Below the pieces are notes generated by a model. The model did not search any database. It saw nothing but the letters and a program-made list of their open reading frames with translations, and had not been told where the DNA came from. This document shows positions 37,437-51,614 of a DNA stretch of 64,000 bases, one piece after another. Source of the DNA: Cenococcum geophilum (taxonomy: Eukaryota); NCBI GenBank assembly GCA_050273025.1, contig CP158635.1, positions 12,028,001 through 12,092,000 of the forward strand. The letters run 5' to 3'. Within the stretch, counting starts at the first letter, position 1; the number at the start of each line of letters is the position of its first letter. The translations under genes and the position numbers were made by a program.

Positions 37437-40400
37437 ATAAGCTAGCTAGTAACGCCTAATATAAGAGTAAAGTTAGTATACTAAGGATAAGGTAAGGGAT
37501 AGGGGTAATAAGAAGAAGGTTGCTGTCTACTATAGGAAGGAGTTCGCGCATACGCGTTAAGTATTAAAAGAGTATAATATAATACGTTATTAGGTAGGTT
37601 ACCCTTCGGATACCTAATAGATAGGTAACTAATAGTTGCTATAGTAAGGTCTTAGTAGTTCTGGACTATACTAGCTAGCTAATATCTCTATTTATTCTGG
37701 GCTTAAGCGTATCTTTATTAACTATAAGCCTACGCCATAAGAGCTTTATTAGTATTGGTTTGGACCTAATATTAGTGCTAAGCATTTAAGGATCTCTGCC
37801 CTAGCTATATCTTATCATCCTACCCCTGTTTTTATACCTACTTATACCCCTACTAAAGGGTCTAGATCCTATTCTTATTAGCTATTACTTAGTGGCCCAA
37901 TAGATACTAATCCCACTCCTAATAATAATAAGGCATAGTAGCTTTTTAGATTGGGCATTTATGGTTTAGATTTTTAGGATTCGTTCTTATATATAGTAGT
38001 AATTAAAGACCTTAATTAGGTGCTTAGAAAGGCCTTATAAGGCTTTTAAAAAGGGCTTAGAAGCCCTAAGAATAATATTCCTAGTATAGATTAATAAATA
38101 GGAATGTAATTCTAGCAAAATGCCCTATTAACTCTATGCTATATACGTGAAAAGGCTAAGGACCTGTTCTGCCTTAAGCTATAACCTTATCCCTATAGTT
38201 TCTAAAGCCTATCTGTTCTATATCCGATTTAACCTATTTACTTTTTTTATAAGCTTTCTTTATAGGTTGCGATAATACTATAGTATTAGAGCGCTTTCTA
38301 TAACTTATAGATTATAGACCTTAGTTCTAATATTCTTTTAGAATATCTTTATAATAATTAAGGTAATCCTCTGGTTCCTATATAGAGTCCTTAGCGGGCT
38401 AGCCTAGCTATTTAACTTTAAATTAAAGCTTGTTCTTAACAGACTTATAACGTAGTATAGCTTTAACCTTATACTGCTCGCCCACTACTTTAGGGTGTTT
38501 AATTAGGCCTAGACAGAAGTTCTTTTCTGGCGGTAGTCTATATTATAGCTTTAGTAGGTTTATATAAAACACTAAATATATACGGGCTATAGATAGGGGT
38601 AGCTAGAGACAATAGGCTAGCTTACTAATTTGTTCCTTAACTTAAAAGGGACCTAGGTATCTTATATTAAGCTTCTTTAATAGTTAACGGGTTTTAATAT
38701 TCGTTAAATATAATAGAACCTTATCGCCTACTCTAAAATGCTTATCCTAGTGCTTGCGGTTATACTAAAGTCTTTACTACTCTTAGGTATCTTATAGGCT
38801 TTACTTTATATACTTCTATTGCTTTTTCTATTCCTAGAGGTATCCTTATACTCTTTAGTGGATGTCCTTAGACTTCCTAGTAGGATCCTATAACTAATTA
38901 TACGGCTTTAGCCAGTAATTATTAGGTATACTATTAAACCCAAATAGTTAAACGCTATAGGCAATCTAGATTAGTGTATACTTATACAATATATATTACT
39001 TTAAATTATAAGCGTACTCCGCGTACGGAAGTAGCTTATACTAGTTATCTTCCTAGTAGTTTAAATATATCTATAGGTAAGACTCTAGTTCCTAGTTCTA
39101 GCGTTCTGTTTGCCCATCCGTTTATAGATGGAAAGCTATACTATAATAGTGGTTTATCTTTAAATAGAAGTATAGGTTTAACCAGTACTAGCTTATAAAG
39201 ACGCTGCCGCTATTAGTAATAATAGAGTGCGGCTAATCTACTTTAAGAAATCATTTCTCCTTAATTAGGTTAGCTAGCGCTTATATATTAATTATCTTAT
39301 TAACGGAAAGGTATTAGACGTACTTTAAAAACCTATTAATAAGTACGAGGACCGAATTATATGTTCGTCCTTAGCTATCTTTAGATAGTGGGAGATCCGT
39401 AATAAAGTCTATAGCGTAATATTGCTATAACTTATTAGCGGGGGGAACTAATTTAAGTAGACCCTATAGCTTATGCCTACGGATCTTATATACTTAATAC
39501 TTCTTATAATAGCTAATGTACTCCTTTACTTCCTAATTAAGCCTTAACTAATAGTATTTACACTAAAGTAATTCTACTGTCTTTGCTTAACTATAGTGGC
39601 CGCCTAAAGGATTATCGTAATTCTTTATAAGAATCTTCTATCGTAGATTTGCTTCTTATAGCACCTAAACCTTACTATCTCTATATAGTAGGCCTATTGG
39701 GTCTAGTTCCTAATAGTAGCGCCTAGTAGCTTCCTTTCCGTTACATTTCCGGTCTACTTTTATATTAAGAATAGTATAAGAAGCGTCCCTCTATTACACC
39801 TTATAGATAAGATCCATTAACCTTTTAGATAGTTTTTAGGTAAAAGCTGTTTTATTTTATACTGCTCTAAGTATAAGACTAAATAGTACTATAAATCTTA
39901 TAACTCTTTAATACGCGTATATTAGAAAGGCCGCTATAAGGTTAAAGTCCTTTAGTTATTATAGGGCTTTATATTCCGATTTCTCTATAGCTTTGCTATT
40001 AGTTTAAAAGGATAGCTTAGTAATTAGAGATGGTATATTACTAAGTTCTAAGAATATATTAGGGATATCCTGTCTAGGTATATTTAGACCCTTATTGGTA
40101 ATAAACTGGGTACCAGCTAGAACGTTAATAGAAACTAATAGGGCTTATACTGCCTAAAACTTAATATATAGAGCTATAGGTACTTAAGCATTTTATACCT
40201 AGAGCTTGTTCTATAATATAGGGAGTAAGATATTTATTATCTGTTTTCCTTCTCCCGTTTTAAAGCCTTTGGTATAGTCTGGCCGTCGTAACGGTCTATT
40301 AGTAGGGTTGTTTTCCCCTAGCGTATATTTAATTTTAAAATTAAATTACGCAAGCTTCTCTGCCTATTTAGCTTATTAAGGTATAAGCTCCTTTATAGTT

Positions 40401-42390
40401 ATAAAGTAGCGTAAATTATAGTAATCTAAGAGTATACGAGTGGTATAGCTCGCGTGCTTAAGGTAGTATTGCTATTATTTAAAGCAGTTAACTATAGCTA
40501 GTAGTTCCTTATTATGGGTATAATACCTAACTTTAGGTCCTTAGAATTTTCTGCTATAAAATGCTATTAGTCTTTAATAGAGCTAGGTAGCGTCCGGATC
40601 CCTATTAAGTTATAGTAGGATACTAGCAAGGGCGAAATTTAATTCATTAGTAATTATTATTAATAGCTAATTTAGGTTAAAATGCCGTAGTAATAAAGCT
40701 TTTATAAACTTTACGTAAAGTTTTTAAAAAGCCTCCTAAACCTTTCCGGGCTATAACTATAGTTTATACTATTTAGTTAGTCCCTTTTTAGTTTTCTTCT
40801 TTACCACCTTTAAGCTTTTTACTCCTTAGGTTAGGTCTTAGGAAGCTTCCGTAATATAGTTAGATAGGTATTAGATAATATCCAAGTAGTTATAGATAAA
40901 GCGCCTATAGAAATTGGCAAAGCTTAGGAACACTTAAATATCCTAATAGCTCTCTAGCTCCGGCTACTTCTAGATTATCTATACCTGTATTAGGTCCATA
41001 ACTATACTTATAGGCGTTATAATATAACCTAGGAACTTAACCTACTTAGTATTAAAGATATATTTTAACGCCTTAGCGTAGAGGCCCTACTTATCTAAAT
41101 GTTCTAGCACTTTGCGGACGTATTACTTGTATTAATCCTTGTTTTTTAAGTAGATTAAGATATTATCTAAATAAATAACGTATATGCGGTTAACTAGTCC
41201 CCCTAAGGCTCTATAAATATATAATTAGAATGTTATAGGTGTATTAGCTAGCCTAAAAGGTATTACTAGATACTTAAAGTGGCCGTATTAGGTCTTAAAA
41301 GCGGTCTTTTATTTATCCCCTTCTTTAATATAGAGCCTATAATAGGCGTCTCGTAAATCTAGCTTTATAAAGATCTTCGCCCTAAATAGTTAATCTAGCA
41401 TTTTACTAACTAGTGGTAGTAGGTAACGGTTCTTAATTATAATCTTATTAAGACCGTAATAGTCTATATATAGCCTTATAGTTCTATCTAATTTTAGGGT
41501 AAAGAGAATTGGCGCGCCTGCCGGTAACTTACTAGGCCAAATCTACCCCTTTTCTAGTAACCTATTAAGGTACTCCCGTAGGATCTTAAGCTCTTTATAA
41601 GAGAGGTTATAGATAAGAAGGTTTAGTGGCTATTTACCTTCTTTTAGATTAATTGTATAATTATACTCTAAGTCTTATAGTAGGACTTTAGCTCTCCTGC
41701 CTAAAAATGCCCTTAGTAAGTCTCTTAGGCCTACTAAAATATTTAATAAATTAGGATCGCGTTCGTCCTTTATATTATTATTAGGTAGGTTCTAAAGCTC
41801 CCTTAAAGTACTTACGGGCAGCGCCGTGCGCTATAGTAGTTACTTATATATAGTTGCCACTATATATTATACCGCCTTATACAGTAGCTAGTAAAGGGTA
41901 AAGAATCCTTTAACACAGCGTTTAAGGTGCTATAGTATACTCTCCGCGTATTGCTTAAGCCAGAGTAACCTATAACGGTTAAAGTATCTTATAAGATCCT
42001 TAAGATCGCCGCCTCTTTATAATATCTCTATAACCTATCTAATAGTTCCCTATAGGGTCTCTATTGCGGAGGGGTTATTACCTATACTAGGCTTTATACC
42101 TATTTTGCTATTAAATAGGGGTTAAATTTAATACTCCTTTAGGTGTAGAGCGTATACTATTTTACCTAGGGCTATATTCTCTAGATATCCTTTAGGCTTA
42201 TTAGTAATATACGCCCTTTTAAGTCTTTATTATTCCACTATTTAAAGGCTCCTATCTTAAAGCGTATCTTAGGATCTATTTCCGCAAGCTAAGGGTATCT
42301 AAGGATAAGGTTATAACCTATAAAGTTAGCCGCCTAGAAGGGTTGCGGGCTAACTACTTTAGTGTAGTTGTATATATTGGCTACTAATAC
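37437..42390 (-). mobile_element. Ty3/Gypsy family C, 5'-truncated (end of protease, RT, RNase H, integrase, chromodomain); LTR not resolved
   Basis: Minus strand: YNLILRYP*L at about 42310, VIYLDNILIY at about 41170, integrase at about 39500-38950, chromodomain EQYKVKAILRY...EPEDYL at about 38480-38360. Left boundary uncertain. Confidence 0.85.
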
Positions 42391-43361
42391 TATTACGGAA
42401 CGGGGGCAGTGGCTATAGAGCGTATGTATTTAAGGAGTTTATAAGACATTACGCGATTAATTGTAAGGGTTAAGGGGGTAAGGAGGTAATATACCTACGC
42501 GTAGCTGATATAAGCTATACGCGAGGTGTATATAAGAGCACGGGGCTCTTCTATAGAGGCCCCTATAGTAGGGTTTTATAATATTACCCCCCCTCCTATA
42601 GAGGCGGAGCTCTAGCGACGCTATAGTTACTATATATATATAAAAGGGACATTTAAGGTATAGAAAAGAAGAAGGGGGGGTATTGCTAAAGGTTTAAAAC
42701 AATATTATATAATAAGGCTTAGCATCTAAGAATCCGACTAATTAGATAACTTTAACCGCCGGTTAAAGTTCCTAGATATTTTAACAATATTCTAGTTATA
42801 TAATCGCACTTTACCGCAATCTAATAGCAATTTGCCCTTACGTGGTAATGTATAACGGTTTAACTCTATAAGGGCTCCTATAGAGGATTGGGTATAAAAT
42901 CTCTGCTTAGGCCCGGTTTCTATAGGTTCGCGTAGTAAAAGTCGCTAATTAGATCCTTTGCATTTTTAAAGTCTTCCTATAGTTGCTATTCTGGCTAATT
43001 TGTATTAAATCCTGTATATATAGCTCTATAGTAAAGCCGTTATCCTCTGCCTTTACTAAAGTATTTAAGTTAATAATTTATTTAACGGTCTACTCCTTAT
43101 AGTTCTTGTCTTCGTTCTTATCTTAGATTAGTACTAGTAGGGGTTTAGGCTATATTTGCCCTAGTAAGGGGTTAGGCTAATAGAGGTATAGTAGCTATAG
43201 GTAAAATATAGGCTATATCCTATGGGTGGCTAGAGTAGGTAAGAGTTCTAGCTTATATACGGCTCCCTTATTAATAACTTATTTAATTAAATAGGGGCCA
43301 AGATTCTTATAATTAAGTAACTTTATAGCCCTTTATATAAAGATATTATATATATCTAGCT

Positions 43362-43447
43362 AGCCGTCGAAAACAGACTCTGCATCTATACGTAGTAATA
43401 GCTACAAACCTAAGTCTTCGAAGTTTAGACTTAGAGCCAACGCAGAG
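43362..43447 (+). ncRNA. Putative HDV-like ribozyme (copy 2, more damaged)
   Basis: Same layout as copy 1. Perfect 8-bp P4 CTAAGTCT/AGACTTAG, P2 CTCTGC/GCAGAG, J4/2 CCAAC. P1 and P3 carry transition mutations. Confidence 0.65.
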
Positions 43448-44380
43448 ACGTTATATAGCGTGCGATAGGACCTAGTGGTCGTGGTTGTGAGCATTATAGG
43501 CGGTAGTAAAAAATTTTCAGATAGTGAGATCTCGAAAACCACTACTATGGCCCTCTACAATTCAGCTACGCTATTCTCCTATTAGGGCACCTATACGATC
43601 CAACGTGGATAAACGGCATTTAATAGTATCCCCCGACCCCTAATAGAAAGCATTAATAACCTCTTATATTAATAAATGAGTGATCGTAAATAAACGAGCA
43701 ACGAGTAAATATACGGCCCCTTCTAACCCCTAGGGCGATCGCCCGCGGAGTATACAGTCACTTACTGTTTTTTCTACTAAATACTACCTAGCAGCCTGGA
43801 TTGCGACCTACGGTTTTCCCTATCTTCTTTTAACGGAGTAGTAACCCTTAAAAAGGGCCTAGCTGGGGCCTAAGCATAAAAGATACCTAAATATATAATA
43901 TCCCGCTCGCTTATTAGTATTATAGTAGTTAAAACAGATAAATCCCCCTTACACCTTTAATAGGCCCTAGGGGGGGGGAGGTATGGCGTATATAGTAATA
44001 GTTAAATAAGAGATAGTATATAGGGGATGGCTAAGATATAGGAGATAATAACAAGACACAGTAATTAAGTGGCAAGGCCTAGCTGGGACGTAGTGAACCC
44101 TAGCTTAGATAAGCTAGAGAAGGAAGCAGTAGTTCTTAAGAAGTTTAAACATTTAAGGAGGACAGGATATAGCTATAGGCCCATAGGGCCGCTGCTATGT
44201 ACGGACATAGCAAACGGGGTTTTTTATCCTACTGAGGTGGCTTATAGGGTTTTTCCTCCCCCCCAACAGCAAGGGTTTTTTCCCGTTAATATTACTTTTC
44301 CCTTATATACGGAGTAGTCTACGTGGGGCTAGTTAGCATCCGTATCAGATGTTAATCAAAGAAGAATTATTATTATTATT
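43362..44380 (+). mobile_element. About 1.0-kb non-autonomous non-LTR retroposon, copy 2
   Basis: TSD TATATATCTAGCT at 43349-43361 and 44380-44392. (ATT)5 tail. The empty site is visible in Gypsy A1 at about 15700-15715. Confidence 0.9.
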
Positions 44381-47300
44381 ATATATCTAGCTATACCTAG
44401 TCGCTAATACGTATCTCCGGTGGTGGCGTTCTATAGCAGTTAGCAAAGTAAGCCTACTTTGCTTAAGCCTAGGCTATTTCTCCCTTATAGTAGTTAAGTA
44501 GATTTTTTATACGGTCTATATGCTGGTTAGTAAGTAGTATCTTAAGGCATTTTCTATATAGCAGTTTCTTATTAATAGGTTCTAGTGGCTCTATACTAGA
44601 TTAGGGGTAATAACCCTTATTCGCGAAGAACGGGGTAAGTCCTATAGTAGTTAAGATATAGTTATTCGCTATAAATTTACCTAGTGGGAGTTAATCTACC
44701 TAGTTATCTTAACTATAGGCAACTACCTGTCGTAGGTACGCTTTTATACTGGTATTAGCGTTTTCCGGTTATATAGCAGTTTTATAATAAAAGGATATAG
44801 ACATCTTAACGGAGATACTAAGGCGTTAGTAGATTCGTCTCTATATATTAGAGTTAAATTATATACCTTGGTCGGACGTAATTAAGTTAGGTAGCCTATA
44901 TAGTTAGTAAACTTTATAAAGGAAGGCGTTACTAACGTTACTAACGGCTACGCCTTTAGTTAGGACGTAGTAGCGCTCTTTTATAAGTCGGTATATTATT
45001 ATAAGGATGTTCTTATAGGTATAGCCATATTATTTATAGGGTGGTAGGTTAATAACAAAATCTATAGCGATATCTGCCCATCTTTATATAGGTACTAGTA
45101 GAGGGTGCAGTAGTCCTTAGTACTTTATATTAAAGGCCTTAGCGCGCTTATAACTATAGTAGGCGCCTATAAAGTGTTTAACTAAGTCTATTATTTTTGG
45201 CTAGAAGTAGTATTAGCTAAAAAGCTTATAGGTTCCTCTTTTACCTAAGTAGCCGCTTAATCAGAGGTCATAGGCCATTTAGATTAGTTGCCGTTATAGA
45301 TTTTCTAAATTAGGGATAAATAGGCGACCTCTATAATAGAGCCTATTCTCTTTTACTTCTAAGGCTACTATATTAATCTAGCCTAAGCTTTAAAGGTTAG
45401 TAGGTAGTATATAGGCGCCGGCGGTCTTTACGGCAATAAGTTAATGCAGTAATAGGTTAATAGAGGTGTTATATACTATAGTAATAAGCTTATTAATTTC
45501 GGAAGGTAACTTTAGTTCTATGGTATAAAGCTAAGGTATAGTTAGCTCTATTATAGGTAGTATACCTAGGGCTAAATTTTATACTTTTAGGATCGTTTAT
45601 TATTAGAACTAATTATAGGGGTTATTTTTAGACTAAAGAAGGTCTTATAAGCGGCGTGTTAAGCTATTAGGTTTAGTACCTTATACTCCTAGTCTATATA
45701 TAATTTTAAAGTTAAAACTAGAAAGGAACTTATTTTAATATACTTAGCATTAGTTTAGCTACTTTATAGTTATAAAGTACTTAAGGTTGCGATAGTCCGT
45801 AAGGACTTTAGTTAGCTAGTTAGGCTCTACTAAAGAAAGTTCTAGTTAGAATTCTTTAAACGCTTATATAATTATAAGGAGTTCTTTATTATAGATCTTA
45901 TAGTTATACTCTTATAGTATAAGCTTAGACGAGTAGAATGCAACTAGGTAAAGAAAACTGTTATTACCTATCTAAGAGAAAACGTCTGCGTTAACGTGGT
46001 CTAAGGAGTTGGTTTTAAGATAGAGTTATTATCCTAGTGTAAAGTGGGCTAGGATAGGTGCTTTAGTAAAGGCATTTTTAAGGTCTTAGAACGCCTTCTT
46101 ATATTTAGGCGTTTAGGTAAAGCGTAAGTACGTTTTTCTTTCTTTTACAGAAAGGCCCTTTATTCGTATTATTGCTATAAGTAGTACTACTACGCCTAAG
46201 AAGTTATATATAAATTTCTAATAAAAGTTAGCGAAACTAAGGAAGGCTTATACGTCCTTAATACAGTTAAAGGCTTGCTATTTAGTAATTATATATACCT
46301 TCTTAGGGTCCATATAGACACACTTAGTAGTAACAATTAGTCTAAGGTATTTTACTTCTATAACTAAGAATTCGCATTTCTTTAAGTTAATATAAAGTCC
46401 TACGTCCCTAAGGCGTTATAGGACCTTTTAAACGTGTTTAGTATGCTTAAAAAGGTTATTACTATAAATAAGTATATCGTCCAGGTACGCGGAGTAGAAG
46501 TCATTAAGATAGTCCTATAAGGTGTTATTAATATAGCTTTAGAAGGTGCCTAAGCCGTTATATATGCTAAAGGGTATAACGGTATATTTAAATTAGCTAA
46601 AGCGCGATATAAATGCGGTTTTCTATTTATTACCTTCCCGTATTTAGAGATAGTTAAAGGCGGTAATAATATTAAGCTTAGTATAGATTTTAGCTTAGCT
46701 AAGCCGCTTAAGGGTCTCCCATATAAGCGGTACTGGGTATTAATTTTTAATTATAATAGCGTTAAGTCCTTTATAGTTAATATAGAATTAGATACCTCCT
46801 CCTAGCTTCTTAATAAGAAGAATAGGGATAGCTGCTAGTAATATGCTAGGACGAATAAACCCTTTATTAAGGTGCTCGTTAATATACTTTCTTATAACTA
46901 GAAGTTCGTCTTTTAATATTAGGTAGGGTCTCTTATAAGGTAGCGTTTTTCCTTATTTAATATTAATAGTATAGTTATTAGGTTAATATAGGGGGAGTAT
47001 ATCTACGCCCTTTTATAAGTATATATTAATAAAGTTATAATACCTCTTAGAGAGGAGCTTACGGAGTTCTTTATTAGTAAGTCCTTTTTTAAGTTTTATA
47101 AACTTCTTAAAGTCTAAAGGTAAAAGTCTGTGGAGTTCCGTAGGGGCGTCGTCTTCTAAAAGGTTAATTATATTTATCCTATTACTATAGAGGACGTAGT
47201 CCTATTCTTTATTAAGTTTATATAGTTATAATTAGGAAGCTATAGCAATGGTCTAGCCTTTCCTATATACTATGCAGTAAAAGGCCGCGGCATTTACGTA

Positions 47301-48984
47301 GTAGTAGTTAGTTATAGGTAGGGTAATAAGGGGTTTCTTAGGTTAATATCCTAGTAAGTAAATAGAGGCGGCTAGGCTATGTCCTAGGCAAGTCTCTCTA
47401 TAGTATTTAGAGTTAAAGGTTGCTTTTCTCTTTTCCTAGTTAATAGTGGGGTTATATTATTTAAGCTAGCTTATTTTAAGAATAATAGAGTAGTTAATAA
47501 GTAGTATAATATAGGCCTAGAGCTCTTCCTAGTGCCCGTTTATATCTAAGTAGAGTTATACTATATAGGTAATCTTCTATACGGTATAACTATTATTAGC
47601 GAGTTATAAGGCGCGGGCTTTAGTAAGGGGTAAAGTAGGTAGGTTATAAGTATATACAAGTTAGGTATTTATAAATTAGTTAATAGCTCCGTAGTTAATT
47701 ATAGAACGGCTTTTATATTATTTTATAGTAGTAGTTCCTATTATAGGTAAAACTATCTATTTCCGTCCGTTTATTTTTACTAAGTTATCTATTAAGTAGG
47801 CCAATATATAGATCCCTCTATTATTAGGGCGTTCTAACCCGCGACTTAGGGCTAGAACTTAGCGTTTTTCGTTTCCGTATCTAATTTTACTACTATTACT
47901 ACGTCTTTATCTTATATAGTAGTAGCATATAGCAATATATTTAGTGTTTAGGGTATTAGGTTAGGTATTAAGCGGTAAGTACTAAACCTAGCTATTAGGT
48001 AGTTTAGGTTATCGTAATAATAGCCTTTTTAATAGCATTTATAGCAGCGTCCTAATTTCTAAAGTAGCTCGCGCTCTCCGTCTAGGAGTTTTTATAAAAA
48101 GGTTAGTATAGAGAGGTTAATGTTAGCTCTAGTGGCACCTAAGGTAGTGGGCGTTGGTGGCTTAGTATATATAGGTTTAGTAGGCCTAAAGGGCTTCTAT
48201 AGAGAGGTCTTTAAGTAAGGGTTAGTAGTAGCAATTTAATTTAGTTGTTATTTAATCTTCCGTAGGGCTGCTACTATCTTATAAATATTATTATAGTTAT
48301 AGCTAGCGGCTGCGTAACTAAGGCGATAAGTAACTTTTTTAAGGAAATCCTCCTAGTCTTTAGTATCGTCTTAGGTAAGAGCTCTGGTATATTTCTAGGA
48401 TTTAATATAAAACTTATTAAATAATTCAGTAGGGCTTATCTTTAGGGTACGTAGTTTAGCTTAGTTAGTGGCTAGTAGGTTATAGTCGTAGTATATTAGG
48501 TTAAAATCGTTAAGAACTTCTTAGTAAAACTACCACTTCTAGGGGCCACTAGTCTCCTATTAGGCGAAGAGTTTATTAAATAGTGTACCCTTTATTCGCC
48601 CGATAATATAGCTAATCTTAATATCTTTTATAGGAAAAAGGTAGGCGCTCTAAGTTAGTTTCTCGCAAATTTGTATCTTCTAGTAGCTATATTCCTTATA
48701 ATTTCCTTAAAAGACTAGGGGATTAGGGTAGCGTGCATTAAATCCTATAGTAGTAGTTTAGGTCTAATTATTATAGCTTTTATTATTACTGTTTTAATAG
48801 GGATTCCTATTAGGTAAAGCTGCTTAGCGCTAACCCTCCGTTAAGTATTAAGTAGGTAAAGTTACTAGAGGCGTAAAGACTTAGGTAGCGTTATATATAG
48901 TAAAGAGGTATTTAGTATTATTATAAATATGCTTATTAAGCTAGGATTATAGGTATTTAATTATGCCTTCTTTTTTAGTAATTA

Positions 48985-50832
48985 ACGTATTCCACTACCG
49001 AGCTGGCAGAACACTAAGCCGGTAAATTTTTCTTAGCACCATCAACACCATGTATAAAAGGCAATGCATTAACAAAATAATACTAATCTATCTTAGTAAG
49101 AAGGCAGGATTAATCTAGCACTTTAGGCCTATACTTTAGGCTATTTTTAGAGCATACTACGCACTATAGATGCTTTTAACGTACGATATTAGCGACTCTA
49201 TAATTAGCTTTACGGAATTATATTATAACTGTAAATATGGCTGAACTGCCTAAAGCTTATAGCGACCAAAGAGTAGACGATTGTACGATATATACTTGAC
49301 CTAAATTCGCGAGGGTTTGTGCCCCGGCTGTGTAAGGTAGCAGATATAGTAGATAAACTGTTAACTACGCGTGGTGGGATACTAGTAGATAAGAACTGGC
49401 CTAGATAATTCGTATCTCGTATAGAGGAGCTTAAGATGGCTTTTAATTGAGTAAAGGACCGCTAAAGGATACTCTAGGAAGATCTAGAGGTTATTAACGT
49501 GTGGTTTAAGCTCGTACGGGATATAAAGACAAAGTACGGCGTTTACAACGACGATATTTATAACTTTAATAAGATAGGCTTCTAGATAGGTATAATTGGC
49601 TCTATAAAAGTTGTTATAGGCTTAGAAAGATATGTAAGGCCTAATCTTGTATAGCTAGGTAATTAGGAATAGGTTACAGTAATCTAGAGTATCTGCGCTA
49701 CTAGGTATACAACCCCACCATTTATTATCTATAAAGGACGCGTTTATATCTCTATATAGTATAAAGAAGCAAATATACCCTACAATTAGAAGCTCTTAGT
49801 CTCTAAAAATGGCTAGACAAATAACGCGCTTAATCTTAAGTAGTTAAAGCACTTTAATAAGCATATAAAGACGCGTTAGGTGGGGTTGTATAGGCTACTT
49901 ATTCTTAATGGCTATAAAAGCCACCTTAACTAAGATTTTAAGGATTATTGCCTCGTATAAAAGATCCTTACCCTCTATATACCTGCGTATTTATCGCATA
50001 TACTATAGCCACTTAATATAGTATGCTTCTCGCCGTTAAAGATAAAGTACTCGTAGCGCGTATAAGACTTAGCACGTAAACGCGTCTACTATATTAATAA
50101 AGAAGGCTTCCTTCTAGCCTTTAAACACGCGTTTTTCGACGTGTTTACGTATAATAACTGCAAGAAGGCCTTTAAGGCATCTAGACTAGTCCCTATTAAC
50201 GCGCAGGTTGTTATTAATTGTCTTAATATACGGTTACGTACCCTACTACTAGCACCCCTACTAGAAACACTATGGCAGTTAAAGACTCTAAACAATATAT
50301 ACGAATTTGGATTATAATTAAAGCTAGTAAGCTAATCCTTTATATAATTACTAATAATAGCCTAAGAAGGCTTCTTAAAGCACATAAAAGGAGCTAAAGA
50401 AATGCTATATAAGAATGTACTTATAGAGGCCCGCGTATAAGAGCTTAAAGAGTAATTAATAAAAATAACTAAGCGTAAAGCGCGTAAACGGAAGCGGATC
50501 TAGTATGGTGGTACGATGGAGTATAGTATAGCAGCATTGTACGTAGCTACTAAAGTATCTATCGCACCTCAGCTATCTAAGAAGGCTTATAGTAGTGGTG
50601 GTTAAGAAAAAGCCTAACTAACTTAACGGCACTGTAGAAATTGTGGAGAGACTGGCTATAACGCTCGTACATGTAAAAAGGATGAAGAAGAAGCTTCTAA
50701 ATCTAATGCGAGTATATTGGACGTATATTCTCTAGCTAGTAATAAATTATTTTATATTTTATATTTAATGTTAGTAGTGCTAAGGAAAATCTACCGGCTT
50801 GGTAGTTCTACCAGCTTAGTGGTGGAATACGT
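48985..50832 (+). mobile_element. Fot1/Pot (pogo-like) DNA transposon, full length (1848 bp), RIPed, nested in Gypsy A2
   Basis: TA|ACGTATTCCAC... and ...GTGGAATACGT|TA TIRs. Transposase relic from about 49064 with YNFNKIGF, LLILNGYKSH, HIL*PLNI and a C-terminal CRNCGETGYNARTC knuckle. Confidence 0.94.
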
Positions 50833-51614
50833 TATAGCAATTAGTATAATCTTATTCTTCTTTAACTGTTAGACGTCACGTTTAGACACGTGAAGGTTAT
50901 CTTTAGTTTCTTAATATGTGTTATTAGCGAGCGCCTTACGAGCTTATAGGTCTTAGATAATATCACGATCTTAAGTAGTATGTATTTTAGCTTATATAAG
51001 CTTTAGGTAGTAGTTCTATAAAAGGCGGTAGTATTTATTAGGGTTTTATGCTACTATTTTTACAAATATCTTGGCGTCTTATATTTTAATTTTAATAGGT
51101 AATAGCCCTTTTATTTACTTATCCGTAGTTATATAGTTAATAAAAGATAAAATATTATTAGTGTCTATTTCCTTAGGGGTTAGGGCTAATAAATTAAATT
51201 CTTTTAGGATTAATTGGCGTCGTAGGTTAAGTATAGGTATTAGATTATTCTTTAGATTTAATATAGTAGCTAGTAAAAAATATTGTCTTACTATTATAGG
51301 TTCCTTAGAAGTATAAAGTAAGGTAATTTATAAATATACTGCTTTTAGCAGCGCCTACAGTATTATAAAGATGTAGAATTAGTTATAGGCTAAGCGTTAG
51401 TAGTAAAAAGGCGTAACGTAATGTTATGGAACGGGGGCAGTGGCTATAGAGCGTATATATTCAAGGAGTCTATAAAACGTTACGCGATCGATCGTAAGGG
51501 TCGAGGGCGTAAGGAGGTAATATACCTACGCGCAGCTAATATAAGCTGTACGCGAGGTGTATGCGAAAGCACGGAACTCTCCTATAGAGGCCCCTGCGGT
51601 GGGGTTTTGTAACA

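Larger units (their letters stand above)
42391..51614 (-). mobile_element. Ty3/Gypsy family A copy 2 with two nested insertions and non-matching flanks
   Basis: LTRs 42391-42583 and 51422-51614. The interior is colinear with copy 1 once insertions are removed (about 6.3 kb). Flanks are AATAC and CTTAC, so there is no TSD. Confidence 0.92.

Noticed and set aside
43362..43450. tRNA- or 5S-derived SINE head
   Set aside because: No convincing A/B boxes or 5S similarity. The HDV-like fold explains the segment better.
51421..51612. ORFs starting MLWNGGSG / MSWNRGSG (also 55497-55775)
   Set aside because: They lie within LTR sequence and are chance open frames.
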